Below, piece after piece: positions 8,520-14,373 of a DNA stretch of 24,000 bases (its first letter is position 1; each line of letters opens with the position of its first letter). The stretch comes from Jiangella mangrovi (GTDB lineage: Bacteria; Actinomycetota; Actinomycetes; Jiangellales; Jiangellaceae), in contig NZ_JACHMM010000001.1 in the NCBI RefSeq assembly GCF_014204975.1, forward strand, positions 5,432,037-5,456,036. Reading direction: 5' to 3'. Under the pieces are notes generated by a model, which made no database searches, was not told the origin of the DNA, and saw only the letters and a program-made list of their open reading frames with translations. Position numbers and translations under genes: made by a program.

Positions 8520-9326
8520 ATGGCCAACGAGACTCGTCCTGTGGCGCCGTCCGCTCCGCCGGCCGGCCGGCGGTTGCCGGTGCGGCGAGGATTGTCGTTC
8601 GCCGCGATCGGCGCCATGGCGTTCGCAGGCCTGACCGCGCTGTCGTGGATCACCCACTCCCGCGAGTCGGTCACGATCGACGACCCCGTCGACCGCGTCG
8701 AGATCGACGTCTCGTCGGGCCGGGTCGAGATCGTCGGCTCACCGTCGGACGAGACCAGACTGGACTTCTCGGTGAAGTCGGGCTGGAGCCGCGACGGCGG
8801 CATCGACCATGCGATCGTGGGGCGAACGCTGCAGGTGACGGGCGGGTGCGACTCCGGGATGATCCTCGGCATCTGGTGCGAGTCCGACGTGACGATCACC
8901 GTCCCAGCATCGGCTGTGGTGACGGCGGACGCGTCGGCGGGCACGCTGGTGGTGTCGGGCCTGGCCGGCTCGACGGTGTTGGAGTCCGATGCGGGGTCGA
9001 TCACGGTGACCGACCAGCGGGGTTCTCTGACGGCGCACTCCGATGCGGGCTCGGTGACGGTGTCAGGCTTGGACGCGGAGGTCGCGAAGGTGACGTCGAG
9101 CGCGGGTGAGGTCTCGGTGTCCGCTGTGTCCGCGCCCATGTCTCTGGACGCCGAGTCGAGCGCGGGTTCCGTCTGGGTGTCGGTGCCCGATGATGTGGCG
9201 TACGACGTCGAGACCGACTCGGCCGTGGGCCGCGAAACCGTCTCGGTCGACTCGGTCAACGGGGCGCGGCACGAGATCCGTGCCTTCTCGAGCGCGGGCT
9301 CAGTGTCGGTGGTGTCCGCGCGCTGA
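8520..9326 (+). CDS. Membrane-anchored DUF4097-like beta-strand repeat protein (putative adhesin-fold)
   Basis: 268 aa. ATG 8520 is the first start after the in-frame TAG at 8508. There is one N-terminal TM segment (LSFAAIGAMAFAGLTALSWI). The C-terminal half has reiterated [SD][AS]GS[IV][TW]V strands (SDAGSITVT, SDAGSVTVSG, SSAGEVSVS, SSAGSVWVSV, SSAGSVSVVS). The mirror ORF on the minus strand is an artefact of the repeats. Confidence 0.7.
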   Translation: MANETRPVAPSAPPAGRRLPVRRGLSFAAIGAMAFAGLTALSWITHSRESVTIDDPVDRVEIDVSSGRVEIVGSPSDETRLDFSVKSGWSRDGGIDHAIVGRTLQVTGGCDSGMILGIWCESDVTITVPASAVVTADASAGTLVVSGLAGSTVLESDAGSITVTDQRGSLTAHSDAGSVTVSGLDAEVAKVTSSAGEVSVSAVSAPMSLDAESSAGSVWVSVPDDVAYDVETDSAVGRETVSVDSVNGARHEIRAFSSAGSVSVVSAR

Positions 9327-9373
9327 TGGGTGAGCGTTTGCTGGTGCCCTGGCGCCAGTAGACGCTCACCCAT
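9326..9373. repeat. Nested palindromic element, copy 1 (also a likely bidirectional terminator)
   Basis: The outer stem is a perfect 12 bp, 9326-9337 atgggtgagcgt with 9362-9373 acgctcacccat. There is a 3x3 internal loop. The inner 7-bp stem pairs 9341-9347 with 9352-9358 (one G-U) around a 4-nt loop. It starts on the last base of the DUF4097 stop codon. Confidence 0.6.
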
Positions 9374-9390
9374 GTCGCCATGCGCCCCGG

Positions 9391-9438
9391 ATGGTTGAGG
9401 GATCCGTGTCGCCTGGGCGACACTTTTCCCTCAACCAT
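9391..9438. repeat. Nested palindromic element, copy 2 (related to copy 1)
   Basis: The outer stem is a perfect 11 bp, 9391-9401 atggttgaggg with 9428-9438 ccctcaaccat. There is a 4x4 internal loop. The inner 7-bp stem pairs 9406-9412 with 9417-9423 around a 4-nt loop. It has the same ATGGnTGAG...CTCAnCCAT ends and the same architecture as copy 1. It lies 10 nt from the stop of the convergent gene at 9448. Confidence 0.6.
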
Positions 9439-9447
9439 TCCTGCGCG

Positions 9448-10410
9448 TCAGCTCGTTTCGATGACCTGACGCTCCCCGATGCGCACGGTCGCGGTGGTGG
9501 CGGGGTCCGGTGGGTCGAGCGTTCCTTCGGCCCCGGTGGACGCGGTCCACGTGGCGGCCCAGTTCGCGGTCGCGGTGACGGTGTAGGCGCTGCTGGTCTG
9601 CGTGTAGGCGTGGCCGCAGCTCGGTGATGGACGGACGCCGAGGCTCGGCTCGTAGGGTGTGCCGGGTTCTTCGCACGTGACGGTAGTGCCGTCGCCCATG
9701 TCCCACGCGACGTGGTCGACCTCGGCCGTGACGGTGACCGTGACGCCGCCGACCGTAGCTGATTCCTCTCGTGGTCCCCAGGTCGTCGGGCCGGCGTTCG
9801 TCACCCACATCCACACGGGCGCGCCCACGAGTCCGATGCTCTGTGGATCGGTCTCGAGCGGGCGCGGCGCGAGCCCCACCTCGAGCGGCTCGAAACTCAT
9901 GCCATCGAGGATCTGCTGAGCAACCTCCTCCGGATCGACCACGATCACCGGTGTTTCGCCCGGCGCCTCGGCGAGCCACATGTATCCGTGGTCGCCCCAG
10001 TGGATGCCTCCTGCTACACCCGCCAGCTTGCGCCACTCAAACATCCAGCCCTCTGCCGGATCACCGGTCCAGTAGCCGAGGTGGCTCAACGTCCCATCCG
10101 GCGGCCGGTGAAGCTCGTTCTCGGCGGGCGACAACCGCTTCAGATATCGATCGAGTGCATCGCTAAATTCGTAGCCCGCGATTGTGCAAGGTGCTGGAAC
10201 CACCTGCGGATCGTCCTGACTGCAATGAGTCAGATACGCATCGTCGTCGGTGTCCTCATCGGTGGGAGGTTCCTCGTAAACACAACCTGAACCATTGAAG
10301 TAGGTGCCCGGAGGGCATCCGTTCGCCCTCGGCGCGTCCGACGATTCGGAGGGCTCGGCTGGCGCGGCCAGCGCCATCCCCAACGCGAGAGCCCACGCTG
10401 CTGCTAGCAA
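9448..10410 (-). CDS. Secreted hypothetical protein with a C-terminal PKD-like (WDMGDG...CGHAY) domain
   Basis: The ORF runs 9448..10506. ATG 10506 would overlap the upstream gene by 103 nt, so I favour in-frame TTG 10410, which gives a 7-nt overlap; the start remains uncertain. The hydrophobic leader is LLAAAWALALGMALAAPA. The N-terminal region is Cys-rich. The C-terminus (VAWDMGDGTTVTCEEPGTPY...CGHAYTQTSSAYTVTATANW) resembles the PKD-domain signature. Confidence 0.6.
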   Translation of the reverse strand: MLAAAWALALGMALAAPAEPSESSDAPRANGCPPGTYFNGSGCVYEEPPTDEDTDDDAYLTHCSQDDPQVVPAPCTIAGYEFSDALDRYLKRLSPAENELHRPPDGTLSHLGYWTGDPAEGWMFEWRKLAGVAGGIHWGDHGYMWLAEAPGETPVIVVDPEEVAQQILDGMSFEPLEVGLAPRPLETDPQSIGLVGAPVWMWVTNAGPTTWGPREESATVGGVTVTVTAEVDHVAWDMGDGTTVTCEEPGTPYEPSLGVRPSPSCGHAYTQTSSAYTVTATANWAATWTASTGAEGTLDPPDPATTATVRIGERQVIETS

Positions 10411-11042
10411 GGCTCGTTCCGCGTCAACTCGATCGATTGCACCCTCCAGCCTGCACGTTGCGTGCCACCGGTCTCCGACTCGTGATGGAGCCAAGTCATC
10501 GCCCATTGCTGGTAGAGGTCTGGCTCGAATGTGAGGTCGGCCTCCCCGCCGTCATACGTCACGAATTTGAGCGCCGTCAAATCAAGGCACGCCGAAGAGG
10601 TCGCGCTGGCAGGGCTAGTGCCGTCCGCGTCCGATGAGAGATCGCCCACCGCATGAGTTCGAATCGCAGTCGCGGCCCGTTGCTCCATCGCGGAGTTCCG
10701 CCACGCGGCCACCCAATTGGTCAGCTCTAGATTCGCTTGCCCTTCGACAGGCCAGGTGCCCACCAAGTCCGCGTTCCAGGTGCTCTCCGCAGCGTCTCGG
10801 TAGTCGCTGGCGTTGATCTTGAAGGCGTCCCAGGAAGCGACCAGGTCTTCGAAGGTCGCCTTGATCTCGGCCTCGGCCTCTTCCTCCGGCGTGAGGGCCG
10901 GTGGCGCGGTGACCGCAGGCTCCGTCGTCGCCGGCGAAGGAGGCGGCTCGGGGTCCGAGTCCCCACCGCAGGCAGCCAGGGCAGCCACGGCGACCACACC
11001 GAGCACCGCCACCATCGCCGTCGCGCGACGCCTTGCGAACAT
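10404..11042 (-). CDS. Lipoprotein, function unknown
   Basis: Internal ATG 11042 is preceded by gggagg (reverse complement of 11049-11054). It gives MFARRRATAMVAVLGVVAVAALAACGGDSD, a classic lipoprotein signal with lipobox LAAC, followed by a Pro/Glu-rich linker. The longer listed ORF (to 11156) adds an implausible N-terminus. Confidence 0.7.
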   Translation of the reverse strand: MFARRRATAMVAVLGVVAVAALAACGGDSDPEPPPSPATTEPAVTAPPALTPEEEAEAEIKATFEDLVASWDAFKINASDYRDAAESTWNADLVGTWPVEGQANLELTNWVAAWRNSAMEQRAATAIRTHAVGDLSSDADGTSPASATSSACLDLTALKFVTYDGGEADLTFEPDLYQQWAMTWLHHESETGGTQRAGWRVQSIELTRNEPC

Positions 11043-11173
11043 CCCGAGAACCTCCCACACCCTGAACCGAGCCGATGATCTTACGCACTCACCGCAACCC
11101 CTCCTGTCATCTATAGGTGCTTTCCCGACCCCAAACGTGACAGCCACCGCTGGCAAGACCGTATGACGATGGA

Positions 11174-11179
11174 TAAGAT
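11174..11179 (+). promoter_or_regulatory. Possible -10 hexamer (TAAGAT) for a leaderless transcript of the toxin-antitoxin operon
   Basis: taagat at 11174-11179 ends 7 nt before the A of ATG 11186. No Shine-Dalgarno is visible between them (gctggt). The -35 is poor (tggcaa, 17-nt spacer). Confidence 0.3.
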
Positions 11180-11185
11180 GCTGGT

Positions 11186-11431
11186 ATGGCCAAGGAGAAG
11201 ATGACCGTCACCCTCGATCCGTCGACCCTGGCCGACATCGACGCGGACGCGCGGCAGGCGGGGTTGAACCGCTCGGAGTTCGTCGAGCGGGCGCTGCGGC
11301 GCGAGCACTACCGCCGCCTCCTCGCACAGGCAGGTCGCCCCCCGCACAGCCCAAGCAGCCAGAACGACCAGAGCCACCAGAGCGACCAGCAGCTGCGTGA
11401 CCTCCTCGCCTGGCAGCGCAACCCGTCGTGA
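11186..11431 (+). CDS. Ribbon-helix-helix (CopG/MetJ-type) antitoxin
   Basis: 81 aa. MTVTLDPSTLADIDADARQAGLNRSEFVERALRRE is a typical RHH beta-strand plus two helices. Its stop overlaps the next start (GTGA at 11428-11431). Confidence 0.7.
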   Translation: MAKEKMTVTLDPSTLADIDADARQAGLNRSEFVERALRREHYRRLLAQAGRPPHSPSSQNDQSHQSDQQLRDLLAWQRNPS

Positions 11432-11712
11432 ATCCGGGTGAGATCTGGCGGCTCGAGGACGGGTCGCTACGGATCGTGCTGAGCAACGCGATCTACAACA
11501 CCAGCCAACTGAACCAGGTGATCACCGCGGTCGTCGGCCCGCCGCCGGAGCAGTTCGAGCCGTTCGCCGTCGCCACCGATGCGGGCACGATCTTCGCCGA
11601 CCGCGTCGCCATGCATCCGCGGCACTGGCTCACCCAGCACGTTGCCACCATCAGCGTCCGCCAGCTCGCCGACACCCGCCGGCACCTCACCTTCCTCCTG
11701 CACGACGACTGA
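11428..11712 (+). CDS. MazF/PemK-like toxin (putative endoribonuclease) of a type II TA pair
   Basis: 94 aa with GTG 11428. The N-terminal PGEIWRL...LRIVLSN pattern resembles the GD(I/V)W...VV(S/T) opening of PemK/MazF-fold toxins. The gene is small and translationally coupled to an RHH gene. Fold assignment is tentative. Confidence 0.5.
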   Translation: MNPGEIWRLEDGSLRIVLSNAIYNTSQLNQVITAVVGPPPEQFEPFAVATDAGTIFADRVAMHPRHWLTQHVATISVRQLADTRRHLTFLLHDD

Positions 11713-11901
11713 CGACGCCTGACGGCAACCGGCGACTCATCGACGATGGCGCCAGCCTCCGGTTCGCGCCGATAAATCCGTTGCGCCCTTCGCGCAAGCC
11801 GAGCAGCATTGTCGTCATGCAGCGCATCGTGAATCCCACGCGGAAACCAGGCCGTCAACGCCTGGCGATGCGGCTGCCCCTGAGCAGCAGGGCGATGCGT
11901 A

Positions 11902-11998
11902 GGCGAGGGCTACTTCGGATTCGTATGTTCTGGGTTCGAATCCCAGCGGTCTGCGGACCGTAGCTCAATCCGGAAGAGCGACGAACTGTTCCTTCGCC
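11902..11998 (+). ncRNA. yrlA: YrlA-type bacterial Y RNA: circularly permuted tRNA-like module. True 5'/3' transcript ends are not determined.
   Basis: Read directly from the sequence:
- anticodon-like stem ttcgt 11920-11924 pairs with acgaa 11981-11985
- variable region atgtt 11925-11929
- T-arm ctggg 11930-11934 / ttcgaat 11935-11941 / cccag 11942-11946
- acceptor-like hairpin cggtc 11947-11951 / tgcg / gaccg 11956-11960
- ta 11961-11962, equivalent to U8-A9
- D-arm gctc 11963-11966 / aatccggaa / gagc 11976-11979
- g 11980, equivalent to position 26
- closing helix ggcgagg 11902-11908 with cc(t)tcgcc 11991-11998
It lies 160 nt upstream of the TROVE/Ro60 gene on the same strand. Confidence 0.75.
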
Positions 11999-12011
11999 GC
12001 CTCTTGTTCTC

Positions 12012-12080
12012 GCCCTGGTCCCATCTCGCCGATGCGAAGAGCCGGGTTACTTCTTTCGGGTAGAAGCGGCCGACCAGGCC
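12012..12080 (+). ncRNA. Stem-loop with a CCUGGUC/GACCAGG helix: possible Ro-binding stem or a second Y-RNA-like module
   Basis: cctggtc 12014-12020 pairs with gaccagg 12072-12078. Inside it, gccg 12041-12044 pairs with cggc 12067-12070, and cttct 12050-12054 pairs with agaag 12062-12066 around the loop ttcgggt. A 20-nt unpaired 5' segment is left over (12021-12040). The CUGGUCC string resembles the conserved 5' strand of metazoan Y RNA stems. The fold was made by hand and is not unique. Confidence 0.35.
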
Positions 12081-12157
12081 AGCGACTTGGCTCACTCGAG
12101 TTCTCGGCAGCGTCATGACCGACGATCAGCGACCCCGCCCGGAAGGAGGGCATCCCC

Positions 12158-13735
12158 ATGAGCAAGTTCGACCGCGCCAGCAAGGCCGCCGCCATGCTGA
12201 CGAGCCCGGTCCGGGCGCTCCGCAACGCCCGCAGCCGCACCGTCACCCACGAAGGCGCGCCCGCCCTCGTCCGCGACACGAAGGGTGAGCTGTTCCTCCT
12301 GGCCGTCACCAACCTGGCCGGCGAGGACACCTTCTATGAGGACGGCGACACCCGCGACGAGCGGTTCCGCACGCTCGTCCACGCGGCCACCGCCGAGGAC
12401 CCCGAGTGGGTCGCGCGCCTCGTTTCCTGGCTTCGGACCACCGCGAACCTGCGTTCGGCGCCGGTTGTCGCGGCGGTGGAGTACGTGCGCGCCGGCGGGC
12501 CGCACGGACGCCGGGTGGTCGACGGCGCGTTGCTGCGGGCGGACGAGCCGGCCGAGGTGCTCGCCTACTACACGTCGCGGTACGGACGCGCGTTGCCGCA
12601 GCCGATCAAGCGGGGCGTCGCCGACGCCGCGCGCCGGCTGTACACCGAGCGGGCGGCGCTGAAGTACGACGGCGTCTCGCGCGCCTGGCGTATGGCCGAC
12701 GTCCTCGAGCTGTGCCACGTGCGGCCACGCGACGACGCGCAGTCGGCGTTGTTCCGCTGGCTGCTCGACCGCCGGCACGGCCGCGCCGACACCGTCGTTC
12801 CGGCAGACCGGTTGCCCGTCGTCCACGCGAACACGCAGCTCAACGCCGTCCCCCAGAACGAGCGCAGGCAGCACCTCCGCACCACGGCGCTCGCCGACGC
12901 CGGACTCACCTGGGAGGCGCTCGCGGGCTGGCTCGGCGGGCCGATGGACCGGACGGCGTGGGAGGCGGTCATCCCGTCCATGGGCTACATGGCGCTGCTG
13001 CGCAACCTGCGCAACTTCGACGAGGCCGGGGTGAGCGACGCCGTCGCCGAGACGGTCGCCGCCAGGTTGGCCGACCCGGAGCAGGTGCGCCGCTCGCGGC
13101 AGTTCCCGTTCCGGTTCGTCGCCGCGTACCGCAACGCACCGTCGTTGCGGTGGGCGTACGCGCTGGACAAGGCGATCGGGACGGCGACGGCGAACGTGCC
13201 GGCCTTCGCGGGGCGCACGCTCGTGCTCGTCGACACGTCGGCGTCGATGACGCAGCGGGCGTTCTCGCAGCGGTCGTCGATGTCGCCGGTCGAGGCCGCC
13301 GCGGTGTTCGGGGTCGCGCTGGCCAAGCGGGGCAACGCCGTCGACCTGTACGGGTTCGCCGACGGCGTGTTCGCGCACTGGATCGCGCGCAGGACATCGC
13401 TGCTGACGGAGGCGGACCGGCTGGTCGGGCGGGTCGGCGAGGCCGGTCACGGCACGCGCATCGCCGAGGCGGTGCGCGCGACCTACCGCCGGCACGACCG
13501 CGTGGTGATCGTGACCGACATGCAGACCTTCCCGGACGGCGCCGGGCGCGGTGGCGACCCGGTCGCCGCCGTACCGGCAAAGGTCCCGGTCTACGGGTTC
13601 AACCTCGGCGGGTATCGCCCGACGGTGGTGGCCGCCGGCCGGGCGAACCGGCACGAGTTCGGCGGTCTCAACGACGCCACGTTCACCCTGCTCAGCCTGC
13701 TCGAGAACGGCCGCTCCGCCGGCTGGCCGTTCTAG
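12158..13735 (+). CDS. rsr: Ro60 ortholog: TROVE-domain plus von Willebrand A (vWA) domain protein (Rsr)
   Basis: 525 aa. ATG 12158 follows ggaaggaggg (12141-12150). The N-terminal roughly 350 aa is TROVE-like (LAVTNLAGEDTFYEDGDTRDERF..., WVARLVSWLRTTANLRSAPVVAAVEY, MGYMALLRNLRNFDEAGV). The C-terminal vWA has an intact MIDAS DxSxS (VDTSAS, codons 13232-13246). Confidence 0.9.
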   Translation: MSKFDRASKAAAMLTSPVRALRNARSRTVTHEGAPALVRDTKGELFLLAVTNLAGEDTFYEDGDTRDERFRTLVHAATAEDPEWVARLVSWLRTTANLRSAPVVAAVEYVRAGGPHGRRVVDGALLRADEPAEVLAYYTSRYGRALPQPIKRGVADAARRLYTERAALKYDGVSRAWRMADVLELCHVRPRDDAQSALFRWLLDRRHGRADTVVPADRLPVVHANTQLNAVPQNERRQHLRTTALADAGLTWEALAGWLGGPMDRTAWEAVIPSMGYMALLRNLRNFDEAGVSDAVAETVAARLADPEQVRRSRQFPFRFVAAYRNAPSLRWAYALDKAIGTATANVPAFAGRTLVLVDTSASMTQRAFSQRSSMSPVEAAAVFGVALAKRGNAVDLYGFADGVFAHWIARRTSLLTEADRLVGRVGEAGHGTRIAEAVRATYRRHDRVVIVTDMQTFPDGAGRGGDPVAAVPAKVPVYGFNLGGYRPTVVAAGRANRHEFGGLNDATFTLLSLLENGRSAGWPF

Positions 13736-13743
13736 GACACGAC

Positions 13744-13780
13744 GAGGGGCGTCGCCGCGAAACCCGCGGTGGCGCCCCTC
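13744..13780 (+). terminator. Strong GC-rich hairpin after rsr (I-shaped terminator, no U-tract)
   Basis: A 16-bp stem, 13744-13759 with 13765-13780 (14 Watson-Crick pairs and 2 G-U), closes a 5-nt loop aaacc. It begins 9 nt after the rsr stop. Only tt follows it. Confidence 0.55.
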
Positions 13781-13808
13781 TTGACGCCGTACGGCTAACG
13801 GTTATAGT
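13781..13808 (+). promoter_or_regulatory. Near-consensus sigma-A-type promoter for the padR-ABC operon (TTGACG, 16 nt, TATAGT)
   Basis: ttgacg at 13781-13786 and tatagt at 13803-13808, separated by a 16-nt spacer, 29 nt upstream of ATG 13837. Confidence 0.45.
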
Positions 13809-13825
13809 CGGACCTAACGGTTATA
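13795..13825. promoter_or_regulatory. Two exact copies of CTAACGGTTATA, each containing the odd palindrome TAACGGTTA; candidate PadR operator
   Basis: The copies are at 13795-13806 and 13814-13825, 19 bp apart. The first overlaps the putative -10. The second lies between the -10 and the RBS gggagg (13827-13832). Confidence 0.45.
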
Positions 13826-13836
13826 CGGGAGGTCCG

Positions 13837-14373
13837 ATGCAGCAGGAAGTGGTCCTGGCACTGCTGGCCAAGGAGCCGTCGCACGGTTACCAGCTGCGCG
13901 CCCGGCTGCGGCAGGCGCTCGGCCCGGTCGGCGAGGCGATGAACGCGGGCCAGGTCTACGTCGTCCTGACCCGGCTCGAGAAGGCCGGCCTCGTCACCAC
14001 CGAGACCCCGTCGCCGTCGACCACCAAGAGAGAGCCCGCAGACCGCAAGACCTACGCCCTCACCCCGCAGGGCCAGCAGCGCGTCGCCGAGTGGCTGACC
14101 GAAGTGAGTTGGCCCAAGCCCGACCTCGCCGAGTTCCACCTCAAGCTGGTCGCCGCTGCGGCCGCGGGGCTCGCCGACCCGCTCGGCATCGTCGACACCC
14201 AGCGGCGCGAGCTGCTGCGCCGGCTGCGCGAGGCGCAGCGGGCGGCCATGGCCGAGCCCGACGGCTCCGACGCCGGCCTGCTCCTGGAGGGCATCGTCCT
14301 CCGGCTCCAGGCGGATCTGCGCTGGCTCGAGGCCTGCGAACGCAGCTGGACCACACGAAGGAGCACATCGTGA
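13837..14373 (+). CDS. PadR-family transcriptional regulator
   Basis: 178 aa, with ATG 13837 after gggagg. The winged-HTH signature is VVLALLAKEPSHGYQLRARL...GQVYVVLTRLEKAGLV. The upstream part of the listed ORF 12406..14373 is an out-of-frame shadow of rsr. Confidence 0.85.
   Translation: MQQEVVLALLAKEPSHGYQLRARLRQALGPVGEAMNAGQVYVVLTRLEKAGLVTTETPSPSTTKREPADRKTYALTPQGQQRVAEWLTEVSWPKPDLAEFHLKLVAAAAAGLADPLGIVDTQRRELLRRLREAQRAAMAEPDGSDAGLLLEGIVLRLQADLRWLEACERSWTTRRSTS

Noticed and set aside
9326-9438. Possible mini CRISPR array (repeated palindromic units with a short spacer)
   Set aside because: There are only two units. They are similar but not identical, each is a long nested palindrome, the 17-nt spacer is too short, and there are no cas genes. 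I treat them as a structured repeat or terminator pair.
11920-11962. A GGTTCGAATCC T-loop, which at first sight suggests a tRNA gene or a tRNA 3' fragment (a possible integration att site)
   Set aside because: There is no 5' acceptor strand, D-arm or anticodon arm upstream in canonical order. The acceptor 3' strand instead folds back on itself through a UGCG loop, and the D-arm follows the T-arm. I interpret this as a permuted tRNA-like Y RNA module, not as a tRNA or an att remnant.
11781-12330. Short ORFs inside the rsr-upstream gap (11781..11963 plus, 11910..12116 minus, 11965..12330 minus)
   Set aside because: They have no RBS, poor codon bias and odd compositions, and they overlap the well-supported RNA helices. 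The gap is better explained as non-coding RNA.
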